The notes: generated by a model from the letters alone, not told the origin. Counted from the stretch's first letter, positions 14,122-28,297 are shown. The stretch: DNA of 64,000 nucleotides from Eledone cirrhosa (GCA_964016885.1 OZ024742.1:204166001-204230000); one strand, 5' to 3'. A program made the numbers and translations.

Positions 14122-14419
14122 TATGTATGTACGTATACATACTTATATTTAAGTAACAGCCGTACTAAGAGTGGGAAATGAAATTTCGTTTCATTTTTTT
14201 CCGAAATATATATATATATATATATATATATATTGATTCTTTGTAATTTTATTTTTTATTTTTTTTATTTAATTTTCAACCTAAAAACTTTCCGGACTTT
14301 CTCAGTTATCTCCCTTACACCTCTCGCACGCAGTCTACTATTGCCTGTGTGAAGTGACCGAGTTTCTGCGCATGCGCGTTCATACAGTTGTCCTTCCTGT
14401 TCCTATAACCATACACATC

Positions 14420-14459
14420 CCGAGCTGAAGATCCGCGAAGGTGAAACAATTGTTCTCGG
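14420..14459 (+). ncRNA. Type I hammerhead ribozyme (family I)
   Basis: CCGAG CTGAAGA tCC-gcgaa-GGt GAAAC AATT GTT CTCGG. Confidence 0.87.
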
Positions 14460-14556
14460 TATGGTGAACTAACTCTTGTGTTACCACCACTTCTACCTAA
14501 CTCGTCCCTTGGACTGAGTGCTCTACCACTACGGATATTACCTTCCAGTGTTCCAC

Positions 14557-14617
<61 letters not shown>

Positions 14618-14729
14618 CATATGTCAGTCCATCTGCCCGAATGAAGTAACAGTTTAAAAGTGCTTCCTTCAATATACAACTGGACCCCCGGAACCAATGG
14701 TGGCACCTATGTTAAGTGTATGAAACAGC

Positions 14730-14820
14730 AGAGATCCGACGAGCTTTTGATTCCAGAGTCGGGCCAGATCGATACAGATCGAACCTTGATCTGATCAATA
14801 GCGAAACGCGCGTCACCACT
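14730..14820 (+). ncRNA. Hammerhead motif with CCGACGA core and long stem II (family H)
   Basis: CCGACGA GCTTTTGAT...ATCAATAGC GAAAC GCGC GTC ACCACT. Confidence 0.7.
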
Positions 14821-14975
14821 CAATAAACGTAATGAAGACATAACAAATCGTTCTTTTATAATTATATCGACACTCTGTTTAGCTCTACATCTTGTAACAG
14901 ATGTGAATCTACGCATCGAGAGCTGACCTGGGTGAACCTACAGTAACTGCACGTTACACTCCCTATATATATATT

Positions 14976-15007
<32 letters not shown>

Positions 15008-15194
15008 ATCATATATTCATAACGATTGTAACAGTGTAACAGAGGAATCGAACCCCACATTTCTCGCATGTTGGTCTGATTCCCCTGAGCACTTACCCAG
15101 CATCTGAGAGATGCGGGGTTCGATTAATCGCAGGCACCTGCAATGTAAACATATCAAATTTAATTATTTCCATGTGAATTTAAAAAAATAATGG

Positions 15195-15865
15195 TTTCTT
15201 ATATAGGCACAAGGCCAGCAATTTGGGGGAGGGGAAAGTCGATTAAATCGACCCCAGTGCGTGACTGGTACTTTATTTTATCGACCCCGTAAGGATGAAA
15301 GGCAAAGTTAACCTCGGCGGGATTTGAACTCGGATCATAAAGGGCCGTAAGTCTACGCTGCATGGCGTCTGGCCCTCTACCGATACTGCCAATCCACTTG
15401 TTGTTTACTCTAATTAGGGGCTCATCAGGGAATATGTACATTAAATAATTAAAAGGGACTACATAACATGGTTTTATAAGCCCCCATGAAATATAGTAGC
15501 GCCACTAAAATGGACGTGCTAATTTACTTATTCTCTCTCTTTGACCCATAGTTCCTAATTGAGTCGTGAAAGTACTGTAGCGGCATACAGAGCTTCTAGG
15601 ACAAGTTTTAAAATTGGTAGAGCCCATCTCCTCTTCAGGTCTGAACAAAGCCCATTTCGTCCAGAGTAGGTGAACTAGTGAGAAACTGAGAAAGAGATAC
15701 GGAGGACGAAACGATCCAGTATTGGTCTGGTACTTTTTTATCGACCTCGAAAGGACGAAAGGCAAAGTTAATTTTGGTGGCATTTGAACCCAGGAAGCAG
15801 AGGCGAGAACAAATACCACAAAGCATTCTATCCGACGTTCAAACGGTTCTGCCAATTTGCCGCCT
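15195..15865 (-). mobile_element. Two SINE copies (about 15195-15397 and 15715-15865)
   Basis: Reverse-complement matches to the SINE consensus. Confidence 0.82.
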
Positions 15866-16329
15866 GATTTGCTTACATCTAATACCTCTATTAGTAGCTA
15901 ATTTTAATATATATTAGTGCAAAATTTAATACGTATCGACATTGAATGCCAACATACTCACTAGTAATAGTATTAAAATTATACGTTAACATAAGCACTA
16001 ATAATATGCAGTAACATTATATGTCAACATAAACTCTAGTAATATGTAATAATATTAAATGTCAGCCTAGACACTAGTAATATGTAGTAGCGTTATATGT
16101 CAACATAGACACTACAACTATGTATTCATCAAAGGGCAACCAAAAAGACAGGCCATGAAAGGGGTAACGACATTAATGGCAAGGTCCCAGAATGGACATG
16201 TAAAAGAGTATGTACACATATCTCTATATGTATTGACTCGCTTTAAAATAAAATAAAATTGATTGTATATCATTCTTTACTTAATTGAAATAAATATAAT
16301 TCTATACCGTGTTTGACATAAGTCCAGTG

Positions 16330-16563
16330 CTTATCCCAGTTTCCGTGGCGTGAAGCGACTGAGAATACAAGACTCTCCCCTGGACATGACGCTAGTCCAT
16401 CGTAGGGTTAAACCCTCAGTTATTGCTGGTGCTCATTTTGAGATGAGTATAACGGAGTAAAGTAAAATGAAGTGTTTTGCTCAAATACACAACACGCAAT
16501 CGAGTCACGGAGTCGAACCCACGATTTAATTATTATAAATCTAACACCCTTACCACTACGTCA
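16330..16563 (-). mobile_element. Second tRNA-derived SINE family
   Basis: Minus strand GTAGTGGTAAGGGTG...GGGTTCGACTCCG (A and B boxes), then TGTGTATTTGAGCAAAACACTT core-like segment. Confidence 0.65.
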
Positions 16564-16750
16564 TTACTTAATTGAAAATATATAAGCAAAATGAGATCAT
16601 TCATTTGAAGACTAGTTAAGTCCAGGCGGAGATTCGAAACCATCATTAGATATTTTTTATTTGTGTGTAACAAATAAAATAAATTCATTTAGTTATTGTG
16701 GGTTTTTTTTTTTATTTTCAAAAATAACATATTTAAATGAATCGATAGAT

Positions 16751-17044
16751 CAGTGGTTCCTACACTCTTTTTTACTTACGGCGCGTTTTTGAAAAAGTAA
16801 ATATACGCTGGCGCAATTTGTACCATAAATTCAAAAAGTTATTCAAAAGAGTTTTCCATGCATTAGCATAACATGAGTTAAAAGGTTCTAGGCCAAATCT
16901 TGTTACTAAACTTTGTTTGCCACTTTGACATATGATGAAATTTCATACCAATTTCAGTTTGTATTTTTCACATCTTAAAAGTTAATCTTAGTCTTTTGTT
17001 GCGCATCGGGATACACCTCGCGGCGCACGGTGTGGGAACCACTG
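16751..17044. mobile_element. hAT (Charlie-like) MITE
   Basis: TIRs CAGTGGTTCCTACAC / GTGTGGGAACCACTG; ATAGAT present in both flanks. Confidence 0.78.
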
Positions 17045-17140
17045 CCTATAGATGGAGCTTCGATACTTTCCAGGTCTTTTTTTTATTTCAAACTAATCGA
17101 ATATTATATACATATAGTGTATAAGAAGCATTAATTTGAG

Positions 17141-17235
<95 letters not shown>

Positions 17236-17238
17236 AAT

Positions 17239-17273
<35 letters not shown>

Positions 17274-17276
17274 AAT

Positions 17277-17351
<75 letters not shown>

Positions 17352-17394
17352 TATATATATATGTATATATATATTTATTAAAATAACAGATTAA

Positions 17395-17442
17395 AGTTTA
17401 AGCAAAGAATCGTTGCTTTCACCCTTAACGGGATCTTCAGAA
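17395..17442 (-). ncRNA. Type I hammerhead (family J) at the centre of a fold-back
   Basis: CTGAAGA tCCC-gttaa-GGGt GAAA GCAA..TTGC TT AAACT; an inverted partial copy starts at 17447, inside stem II. Confidence 0.75.
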
Positions 17443-17607
17443 TATACCGTTAAGGGTGAAAGCAGCGATTCTTTGCTTAAACTTTAATCTGTTATTTTAA
17501 TAAATATTTGCTCTACGGTTCTTATATATTTGATATATATTTATCCTTATCGAGCCCTCTTTGGATTTTAGTCTTCAAATTTATTATTATTACTATATAT
17601 ATATATA

Positions 17608-18744
17608 ATTCGTTTCTGAATTTGTTTAGCAAGATTCTTTATCTGAAAACGTGTGTTGAAACCGATATTGTTATTCTTTGGGAGGGTCATGTTGCTAATA
17701 AGAAACACACGCACCAGTTGCTTTCACTCTAATTTATTATAAATTAAATTTATAAATTTAAGAATTTATAAATTTTCGGTTGGTTGGTTGGTTCCATAAC
17801 CGGACGGTTGTCAAAGTTCTTTCGTCACACATTCTGTGACATGTTCTAGAGGTGAATTAGCATAAAAATTTAGAAGGGCCCTCGATAAACTTAAACTTAA
17901 TATTAAGAGAGTAGAAAGACCAGGTACCTCCATAAAAACACTTATTAGCAATACATACCCTTTTCAAAGACCTCCCTGTATAGATAAGAAATGCATAATC
18001 TGTAAACTAAGTCCCCATATTAACTGTAAAACTAGAAATGTAGTATATAGCATAAGAAGTACTGAAGGACAATGTAGAGATAAGAATATAGTGTACAAAG
18101 GTGAGACAGCTCGTAGTATAGGAACGGTTAAATGAACACTGGCGAGAACTTCAAGATAAAAAAGAATCATCAATACTCCACCAACATGCTAAAATAGAAC
18201 ATAAGGGCAAATTAGAGAACATAGAAATAAAAATAGAATCTACACACAGAAAAGACGCAATGTTTAGACAAATCAGAGGCAATAAACATAAATGAACTCC
18301 AACCAAAATTAAATAGAAAACATGAATGGAATAGCAACATCACAACTTACAATTAAGGACAAAATGAAAACACACACACACATAGAAAAAACAACCAACC
18401 AGTAACATGTAAATAAACAAATAAATAAACGAATATAAACACACACAGACACCCGGATGTAACACATGCGCAAACTAAGCACGCAACACACACAAAAACA
18501 AGATGGCGTAGGACAGAACAAAGGAGAGGCACAAAAACAAAGAAAAGAATCCCCAATCACTGAAGAGGTCTCAGAATATGTGACGAAAGAACTTTGACAA
18601 TATATGAACAACCGTCCGGTTATGGAACCAACCAACCAACCGCCAATTTATAAATTCTTAAATTTATAAATTTATTATAATAAATTGGAGTGAAAGCAAC
18701 TGGTGCGTGTGTTTCTTATTGGCAACATGGCCCTCCCAAAGTAT

Positions 18745-18750
<6 letters not shown>
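17608..18750 (+). mobile_element. Penelope-like element remnant (GIY-YIG 3' part, pLTR, inverted 5' pLTR piece)
   Basis: 17845-18330 matches the GIY-YIG ORF at 59515-60093. About 17667-17840 is an inverted copy of the 3' end. HHR at 18556; (TA)n flanks. Confidence 0.85.
18556..18598 (+). ncRNA. Type I hammerhead in PLE pLTR (family M)
   Basis: TCA CTGAAGA gGTC..GAC GAAA GAAC TT TGA. Confidence 0.75.
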
Positions 18751-18823
<73 letters not shown>

Positions 18824-18854
18824 TCAAATTAATGCAGTTGCAAGAGTGGGGGGG

Positions 18855-18900
18855 ATCGTGCCGATGAGAACCATTTCAGTTCGAAAAGCGCACCTACGAT
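18855..18900 (+). ncRNA. Degenerate hammerhead motif
   Basis: ATCGTG CCGATGA GAAC-catttca-GTTC GAAA agcgcacc TACGAT; stems I and II pair, stem III is damaged. Confidence 0.55.
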
Positions 18901-19111
18901 TGGCCTCACTTACTTCTGCTGGACACCGCCAGACGGGGTTAGTTGCTGGTGTTTTGGCATAGCTACGGCACTCTAAGTGTCCATTTTAAACCTACCGTAA
19001 GTGTCCATTTTTAAACATACTATGCCTAAAGCTAATTTGTAATTCTATTATATATATGTATATATATGTGTGTATATATATGTGCGTGTGGGTGTGGGTG
19101 TGTGTGTGTGT

Positions 19112-19149
<38 letters not shown>

Positions 19150-19445
19150 GCGTGTGAGTGAGTGTGTGTAAAATTAATAGGTATTAATAGGTTGTGACTT
19201 TCATGGTATTTTGCGGGATAATCCGTGCTATTTTAGAAAGCAAGCTTGTCCATCTTGACAACTATATATCGAACCCAAGTCGTGAATGCTTCGTAAGTCA
19301 CTAATAAAGCTAGTCATCAATATATACCTGTAGAGAAACACTATAAGAATTAACCAAAGCTGTGTTAAAGTGTTAATATGTAAATAGATAAACTCCAGAT
19401 AAACTCCAGAGTAACAAGACTCACTATTTAGCCTTGATAAAATGA

Positions 19446-19510
<65 letters not shown>

Positions 19511-19563
19511 AGTATGTATGTATACGTACATACATATATGTATACAGACGTACAGTAGCATGC

Positions 19564-19594
<31 letters not shown>

Positions 19595-19789
19595 GCATAC
19601 ATATATGTACGTATCAGTTTAGCGGACGCTTATTATAGCGCCCGCTTTGTTCGTTTGTGTGTGTGTGTAAGTGTGTGTGTGTGGGTGTGTGGGTGTGGGT
19701 GTATCCGAGGTTCAATCGGGAGTAACCACAATAAATAAGGTACTCAATACAAAGTAGAGCATATAATGATTAATATAGAAATTGCTTCT

Positions 19790-19880
19790 AACGGACTAGA
19801 ACTGTTTCATTCGAAGGAAATCATCAGGCTTTTCCTGATCCAGATGATTTCGTACGAATGAAACAGTTCTAGTTCTGTAG
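19790..19880. ncRNA. Two back-to-back hammerhead cores (family N fold-back)
   Basis: Minus 19790-19827: CTGATGA...GAAAC agttcta GTC. Plus 19841-19880: CAGATGA tTTCG-ta-CGAAt GAAAC agttcta GTT. Confidence 0.65.
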
Positions 19881-20075
19881 AAGACATTTCTATAGCAAAT
19901 ATTTGATATACCTCATATGAAATAATACAGCCAATTTTCCACACAATACAATTAGTTAGCACCCGAACGTTTAATTACGAATATACTCACTTATTTCCAA
20001 ATGTTTGTTGAGTGAGTTGGGATTTGGCCGGAGTATCGCTAAAAGCTTTCTCCGATAATGTATTTATATATATAT

Positions 20076-20108
<33 letters not shown>

Positions 20109-20121
20109 GTGTGTGTGTATG

Positions 20122-20219
<98 letters not shown>

Positions 20220-21152
20220 ATGCGTATATATATGTATGTCTGCATGTATGTATGTATGTTTCTATATATATACGAGAGAGATACACCACACACACACACA
20301 CACACATATTTATATATATATATATATGTATATATATATAACAAAGGAATTGTGGTAAGGAAACAAATGGACCATAACGCACCAGAGTACTCAATACTTA
20401 GGGTAGTAGAGTGGGAAATAGGAAAGAGTATGACTCCGACGGCAGAGCTAAAGCCGTTCGACGGCTATTTCTGGACAGAAATAGCCGTCGAAACGGCTTG
20501 AGCTCTGCTGTCGGGGTCATACTCTTTCCTATATATATATATATTTATGTAATAAACAACATAAGATAATTATTAATGAAATAATTATTATATGTAACCC
20601 ATGTGCAACGACGCAGTATTCTTTCTTCTCATGTTTTTTATATATATTTACCTCGGCTGTGTTTGTCTGTTTCTCTCTTACTGCTTCCCCTCTCTCTCTG
20701 TTTCTCTCACCTTCTTTCGCCCCTCTGTCAGTTACACTTTCTCTCGACTGACCTCTTCCTCGCACTTCCACTCACTCACTCTCTGTTTCTCCCCTTCTCA
20801 CTTCCTCCCGTTTGGCTTGTAGTGGGTTCTCTTCTTGCTCACATCTCACTCACGTCGGACGGTCTGTAAATACGCTCGCTTATGAAATCCACCAGCTTAT
20901 GCTGACCGGATAACCATGTTGCTTGTTTTTTCCTATCTCTGCGTTGCTTTCATCCTTCTATGTTGTTTACTTGTCTCACTCGCTTTACGCGATTTACTTG
21001 TCCCAATAGCTTCATTTAGCTATTGCTCGCATGAACCGCAGGTATATGATTTTTAATGCGATGTAATACCAATGAAGGTTGGAAATCACTGACGAAGGAC
21101 AATTTTTTATCATATGTAACGCATGTGCAACCACGCAGTATTCTTTCTTCTC

Positions 21153-21226
<74 letters not shown>

Positions 21227-21552
21227 GAGAGAGCGAGAGAGAGAGAGAGGTATGAGATTATACACACTTTCTCGTATCTCTCTTCTCCTCTCTCTGTTGC
21301 ACTTGATAATAAGCTGATGTCGCAAAAGTTGAACTGTCATTTCACTGTGAGAAAAAGGTTAGTCTAGTTGTTTCATTTATTGCGCATGAATATGTATGTA
21401 TGTATAGAGATAGATGTTTGAATATAGATGAGAAAGACCAGTATGACCACAATTCAACTTCGTAGTTTACACTTAAGAAAACTAGAATGTAAAGGATTTT
21501 CTGGGCAGTACACCCGTAGAAGAATATTTCTATATATATATATATATATATA

Positions 21553-22710
21553 AAATATCACCTACGTACGTTTCGCCCAGTTGGGCTTCTCAAGGGCATA
21601 AATAATCACAAGTGTTCCATATATAGTTCGCAAAGAGTTTTGGGGGTTAAATCTACATCAAGATTCATTGCTCGCAGAAATATCTTGTTTTGATTTTGCA
21701 GCAGGTCAAGGGGAGGTAACTCTGGCCGGTGTTAGGGCAGTCTTTCCCGGATAATTTTTTTTTTTTTTTTTTGCCGCATCCGTTTGTCTGAGGCTGGGTC
21801 TGGTATGCAAGGATTGTTTCTGGGTGTTATTTTGCAGCGCCTGCCCGCCGGGGTGTTAAGACTTGTTGCAGGGAGATCCAGTGTACTATTTCACTCTTCA
21901 TCCTTAACCCATCTAAAGAAGGAAATTTTTAAGCGATGTGTACAACTTATCGCTGTTTCAGCTCTGCTGTTGATGAGCTCGTGGGGTGCAGTTATGATGT
22001 GGTAGAGCTCCATGAGGCAAAGATCGCATTTCCTCTTGAAGTTGTACGGTGCAGCCTGCCGACAATCTCCCAGTGCGTGAAGAAGCTGATGTTTGAGTCC
22101 TTTAGTGATGTGATGTAGTCCGCGAGCGAAGTGGAGTGTCTTAGTTTTCTATTTGTGAAAGAGTGGAGATGTGTTCGAACCTAATTTTGAACGGGCCGGA
22201 GGTGGCCCCTATATAATGTTTAACGCTATTGTGGCTAGTAATAGTGCATCTATATATAACCCTATCAGTCAAGCAGTATCCTCTAAGGGGGCAGCGTCCT
22301 CTGTCGCGGCAGTTGCAATTTCTGTCGCGGTTCGTCTATTTCCCACGGTAAGGCTATCATTGTTGCTGCCTACGTTGTTACCTACGCTACCGCAGCTGTC
22401 GTTAGCACAATTACAACCCACAGCACGCGGGATGGTGCGATTGTTATTCAGCACGGCATGTTCTGCATGTTCCCCAGTCACTTCGCGGTCATTCCGGTTG
22501 TGTCTGCGGATGCCGTTGCCAACACTATTGGATGCTGCCAGGGAGTTGTTAAGGCCGATATAGTTATTGTCAGGTGTAGGTGCGTCTGTGTCGAGGTGCT
22601 GTATCTTGGTGATCTTACTGTGGTTCGTTGTTCCTATGATGTCTGCTAGGTTAGGAGTAGTAGAGAAGGATATTCCCACGTGCTTACGCTCTGCTAACTC
22701 TCTAGCCCAC
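21553..22710 (-). mobile_element. Penelope-like element remnant (linker + GIY-YIG + 3' HHR)
   Basis: Minus strand gives GISFSTTPNLADII, then VIYRCTITSHNSVKHYIGATSGPFKIRF...STSLADYITSLKD...WEI...CDLCLMELYHI with frameshifts. HHR just before the (TA)n tract. Confidence 0.85.
21558..21599 (-). ncRNA. Hammerhead, U3-A8 core variant, at PLE 3' end
   Basis: cc TTGAGAA GCCC-aact-GGGC GAAAC GTAC GTA gg. Confidence 0.78.
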
Positions 22711-22837
22711 TAAATATTAACACTTCGAATATTTAATACTGCCGGCACTAGTATCGAGCACCTTTGGCATACGCTACTTGGCAAATAACTATATGTATCA
22801 CCTATCCCTCCTTTTTCTCTCTTTCTCGATACGTAAA

Positions 22838-22921
<84 letters not shown>

Positions 22922-23065
22922 CGAAGGTAAGAAACCAGATGGACTCAATACTTAGGGTAGTAGAGTGGGTAATAGGAAAATATTTGACCCCGACGGCAGA
23001 ACTCAAGCCGTTTCGACGGCTATTTCTGGACGTCCAGAGCTCTGGCGTCGGGGTCAAACATTTTC

Positions 23066-23148
<83 letters not shown>

Positions 23149-23316
23149 GAGGTTATATTTAATTTGTTGGGATTCAACAAGCTTAAACATTTTTATAACT
23201 GTTTTAAAGCACTCAACAAGTTAGTGGAGTAAATACACAATATATCCAGGAAGCTCCAACCCTTAAGGGTGTCTTTTTTTCCGGGTATGTCAATATTTAT
23301 TTATAAAACAAATCTG

Positions 23317-23382
23317 TATTTTATCTGATGAAAGCGCACCATAATTTGCGTTGGTTACCCTTGAAATATATATAATAAAATA
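23317..23382 (+). ncRNA. Type I hammerhead (family P)
   Basis: TATTTTAT CTGATGA ...ctt GAAA TATAT ATA ATAAAATA. Confidence 0.8.
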
Positions 23383-23422
23383 AATATGGTTTTATAAATA
23401 TAGTTTCCATTTATTAATATAT

Positions 23423-23457
<35 letters not shown>

Positions 23458-23458
<1 letters not shown>

Positions 23459-24415
23459 TCTTCTCCAAGAAGATAGTGGACCTGATATCACTGCTCTACA
23501 CCAACACCAAAGCCCAAGTCATTACACCTGATGGGATGACAGAGTTCTTTGAGATACTGGCTGGAGTGCTCCAGGGATATACATTGGCTCCCTACCTTTT
23601 TATCATCGTAGTGGACTATTGTATGCGCCAAGGACTCTGGCTTTACTGTAGCACCGGCTCAGAGTTAAGGCGAAAAAGGTATCAGATGCTGAATTTGCCG
23701 ACGACATAGTTTTGGTGACAAATACATTGAAGGAGGCAGAGGATTTGATGCGGGAGGTTGAGGCTGTGTCGATGAGTGTGGGGCTGAGAATGAATGAGAC
23801 TAAAACATAATATCGGGTAGAGAATGTTGAGAAGCCAGAGGGGATCACTAATGTAGGCGTGAAGCCGCTAGAATTGGTTGAGGGCTTCCTGTATTTGGGA
23901 GCAAAGATTGGGAATACGGAAGATGATGTGGTTGAGAGGAAGAGCAAAGCCCGGGCGGTGTGGAATTCGGACCTTCGTAAAGACCTGAAAATCCGCCTCT
24001 TCATTGCTGTAGTGGAGTCTGTATTGCTGTACGGGTCTGAGACTTGGACACTCACCAAGAAACTCACTCAGAAGGTGGATGGGTGCTACACGAGAATGCT
24101 GAGGATGGCTCTGAACATTAATCAGTATTCACTGAGAATGAAAAACTCAGAGATGTATGGGAGCCTCCCAAAAGTCAGCTCAAAAGTGACACAGAGGAGA
24201 TTGAGGTTAGCTTGACATGCTCACCGACATCCAGAGTTGACATTACACTCAGGTGTAATGGACACACTGGAAGAGGAATACCAAGGTTAACGTATGTTGA
24301 TGCCCTAAGGACAGACACTGTACTATTGGAGACGCAGGACATGGCATCGATAATGAGGGACAGTGACCGCTGGAGAGAACTCGTCCATGGATCTCGGGAA
24401 TTTTACCCGCCCTAG
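23458..24415 (+). mobile_element. 5'-truncated RTE-type LINE (RT fragment) in a (TA)n tract
   Basis: GVLQGYTLAPYLFIIVVDY, EFADD (gaatttgccgacgac), KIRLFIAVVESVLLYGSETWTL; stops and frameshifts present. Confidence 0.88.
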
Positions 24416-24508
24416 ATATATATATATATATTACACATACACACACTTATATAGGCATATATATAGATACACATACACTCACATATATATATGTATATAT
24501 ATGTGTGC

Positions 24509-24563
<55 letters not shown>

Positions 24564-24598
24564 ATTCCTTAACTTTGCTTACTCTCTCTCTCTCCTTT

Positions 24599-24726
<128 letters not shown>

Positions 24727-25264
24727 ACACACAAACAGAAATAGCGAATTAAATAGATAGAGAGATAGATAAATATATCTGTACATGTAATGTAATATAT
24801 AATATATAAGTCAAGATCCCTCTTTTATCATTTGATGGTGATATTTTGTAGAAGAGATAAATGGTAAGAGTGAATAGTGATGTGTGTCGGGGGATGGGGG
24901 AGTGGCGACACGTTCTCTCCTTTTGCTTGTTTTATTTGTATTGTGTATCTATTATTATCATTATCATTTTTATTTTCTTCATCTGGCTCTGAGAAAAAGA
25001 TCAAATTATGATACAGTGACTCAACAAATATGTGTATATATGCATATAGATATATGTTCATAAACAAACACACGCCACATTGATCGTGTGTCTCTCGTTT
25101 AACCATATTAACAACTTTATAATTTTTCTAGTGTAACCTATGTTTAAATGCAAAATACTATCGATGAAGCCATACCAGCCAGAGTTACGACCACGCGGTG
25201 GCTTTGCGGAAATGCGCATAACTAAATATATTTAATTGTGTAATAACACAACACTATCTTAACG

Positions 25265-25375
<111 letters not shown>

Positions 25376-25602
25376 CACATACGCACATAATATATAAATT
25401 ATATATATATTCATTTTCTCAAGGGTAAATAGTGAGTCTTGTTACTCTGGAGTTCGTCTGTTTATCATAGGGTAACCGGACAAGATGACCCTATGATAAA
25501 CTGGTGAAATTCTTGAATAACAAGACTCACAATTTTGCCTTGAGAAAATGAATATTTAAAGTCTACTTCAGTACTGAGAACTCTTTTCTCTCAGCCGTCA
25601 AT

Positions 25603-25661
<59 letters not shown>

Positions 25662-25817
25662 AGGTGCTCTGCAATAGCGATGTATATATGAGTGTAGGTA
25701 TAGTATATTTGATAATATACTGTATGTTTATTTAAAAACATTTTGAAGACCATTCGCTACGAATTTTAAAGTAGTGACTATGTCACATACTTAGTGTCTC
25801 GGCAAGAGCAAAGGGGA

Positions 25818-25867
25818 ATAATCGATGGTAGTACTATTTCTCACTTGTAAGTGGTTGTCATAACTGC
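25818..25867 (-). ncRNA. Degenerate hammerhead, inverted partner of 26165
   Basis: Mutated reverse-complement copy of 26165-26214 in the other arm of an inverted repeat. Confidence 0.55.
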
Positions 25868-26164
25868 ATACCCCTTCGCTTCTGCTGAGAATTATAGCAT
25901 CTGGATTCTTATAGAATTCTAGTTATGTTTCCGAGCTGTTTAAACCCATTAACATACAGAGCGATTGCCGGTCCAGCAAATAGCGATGTATATATCAATG
26001 TACGTATAGTATATTTGATGATATACTGTATCCAATACTAATTTTTAATTTTTGCTGAACCGGCAACCGCTCTGTATGTTAATGAGTTTAAACAGCTCGT
26101 AAACATAACTGGAATTCTATAAGAATCCAACTTCTATAACTCTCGGCAGAAGCGAATGGGGTAT

Positions 26165-26214
26165 GTAGTCTTGACAATCACTTACAAGTGAGAAACGGTC
26201 CTACCGTCGATTAC
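26165..26214 (+). ncRNA. Type I hammerhead, U3-A8 core variant
   Basis: GTAGTC TTGACAA TCACTT-ac-AAGTGA GAAA CGGT-cct-ACCG TC GATTAC; all three stems pair. Confidence 0.87.
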
Positions 26215-26321
26215 TTCTACCGTCGGGGTCCTGACAATTTTCCTATTACCAACTCTACTACCCTAAGTATCGAGTATATGGTGTGTTATGGTTCGCCTGG
26301 TATCTCACCAAACTTTCTTTG

Positions 26322-26404
<83 letters not shown>

Positions 26405-26437
26405 GAGAGGGGGAGAGAGAGAGAAAGAGAGAGAGGT

Positions 26438-27527
26438 AGTAACACAACAGTTAGTTCACCATACCGAGAACAATTGTTTCACCTTATGCGGATCCTCAGC
26501 TCGGACTGATAATGGTTATACGGAACAGGAAAAGGAGAAAACAACCGTATGAACGCGCATGCGCAGAAACGGTCACTGCTCCCAAGCGATAAAAATCCAT
26601 GGTCGAAAGGTGTAAGGGAGATAATTGCGAGTGTCCGGAATAAATTGTTCAATTTGATTAGAATATTAGAATGTTGATGTTATTCAATCCGGAGCTTTGT
26701 AGTTATGCAAGAGATGTTTCCAGATATGTGGACAACGTGAGAAAAGTTCAACCTGTAATTTAGGCAATCGCGATTGCGTAATCTCCTTAGAATTTTGATC
26801 CTTTCTTCAATACACAGTCCACAAGACGGAGTACCCCTTGCGTATGGCTTGGACCTAGTGATAGCTTTCCATTGAATGGTGTAGTCTACACCTGAGTCTT
26901 TGAGGGACCATACGTGGCTCGCGAGCTCTCTGGACTGATGGTTCAAGAAGCTCTCCACCATAGCCACATAAGATTTGACCTCCTGTTGTTGATTTGGTCG
27001 GTTGGAAGTGACCACAGCTTCAGAAACTACAGCGGGTCTGTTGCTGTTGTAGGGGATAAGCTTCAGATTTTCGGCAAGAGCATCCTGGCGGGGGTGCCGC
27101 ACTTAGGGCTGTTGGTAATGTGGGCCTTCATATACTAGGAGTATCCTGGTTTTACCCTGTGCCTGTTAAAGATGGAGCTGTATTTGTGACCTATGTGAAA
27201 GTGTCTATCTGAGTGAGAAGGGGGGAGAGAACCAGATAGTTTGTCTATTGGTACGATTTCTTTTCTTATTACAGTTGGTGTTAACGGGGAAGTAAGTAAT
27301 TAGTTGCTGTTAGCTAACGCCGTGTTGAAGTAGGGCCGCTCTGCCAAATATTGCTTTATTAGAGGAGAGGTTAGAGATTCTAGTACCGATATTATTACCG
27401 AAATTTCGAAAAAGAGCAGTAGGATGGCATGAGTCCTTATGTATGTAATTAAATTTTTCGTTTAGTTTATGGAAGGGTCTGAAGGTATGTGTGCGAAGGT
27501 CTAAATTTATGTCTAAGAAATCTACGC
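26438..27527 (-). mobile_element. Penelope-like element remnant (RT thumb, GIY-YIG C-terminus, 3' HHR)
   Basis: VDFLDINLDL...YIHKDSCHP (27310-27600 ORF) and ELASHVWSLKD...WKAI...CGLCIEE...LN (26680-27102 ORF). HHR at 26464. Confidence 0.87.
26464..26504 (-). ncRNA. Type I hammerhead (family I) in PLE 3' UTR
   Basis: CCGAG CTGAGGA tCC-gcataa-GGt GAAAC AATT GTT CTCGG. Confidence 0.87.
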
Positions 27528-27717
27528 TAAGATGTGGGTTCGACTCCCATGTACGGCAACACTCATCTTTTTCCATTTCTCCGAGGGTTATAAACCCCAC
27601 TATCAGGCTAGAAATTTCTTTAGTCTAAAATACGGTGGAAGCTTATAATTTGTAATTTCTAATTTTCAAACTCGCGCACCGTTTCAAAAACATACATGTT
27701 TACATTTATAATTTGCT

Positions 27718-27812
<95 letters not shown>

Positions 27813-28057
27813 GTTTGTGTGTGTATGTATAGGTATATGTGTATATATATATGTATAGAGAGAGAGGGGGGGAGAAAGAGAGGTAAATATGTATGTATAT
27901 AACTATAAATTTTGAGTATATGTTGGTTGTATACCAACACCTCAGTATACAGATTGGAGCACTCGACGAAGTGCGCAGGTTGGTTTGGTTACTCCGGAGT
28001 AATGTAAAATAAAATAAAATAAATAAGTCAAATGTTTAAAATTTGGCTTCGTTTATT

Positions 28058-28112
28058 ACTGCTATATATATTTCGGTTACAGCCATCTTCGGCTGTGACC
28101 TCTTCAGGCAGT
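28058..28112 (-). ncRNA. Type I hammerhead (family B)
   Basis: ACTGC CTGAAGA GGTCACAGCC-gaagat-GGCTGTAACC GAAA TATAT ATA GCAGT. Confidence 0.9.
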
Positions 28113-28297
28113 CCGAATTAGTGTGGTAGAGACGATTACACATGTTGTTGAGGTGTTTAACTTTGTCAATACTCTGATATGCCTAGTTCCTGGTTGGGTT
28201 GTTATTTCACTGAGGAACTGGAATCATATGTATATCAGAGTATTGGCAGTTATACACTTCAACAACATGTGTACTCGTCTATACCCCACTAATTCGG

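Noticed and set aside
18915-18980. Minus-strand open stretch ending in gtaagt as another exon
   Set aside because: Peptide has no resemblance to nAChR and there is no clear acceptor site.
21085-21140. CTGACGA motif in the repeat family at 20590 / 21060 / 31680-31800 as a hammerhead
   Set aside because: The downstream box reads GTAAC in all copies and stems do not pair convincingly; not counted.
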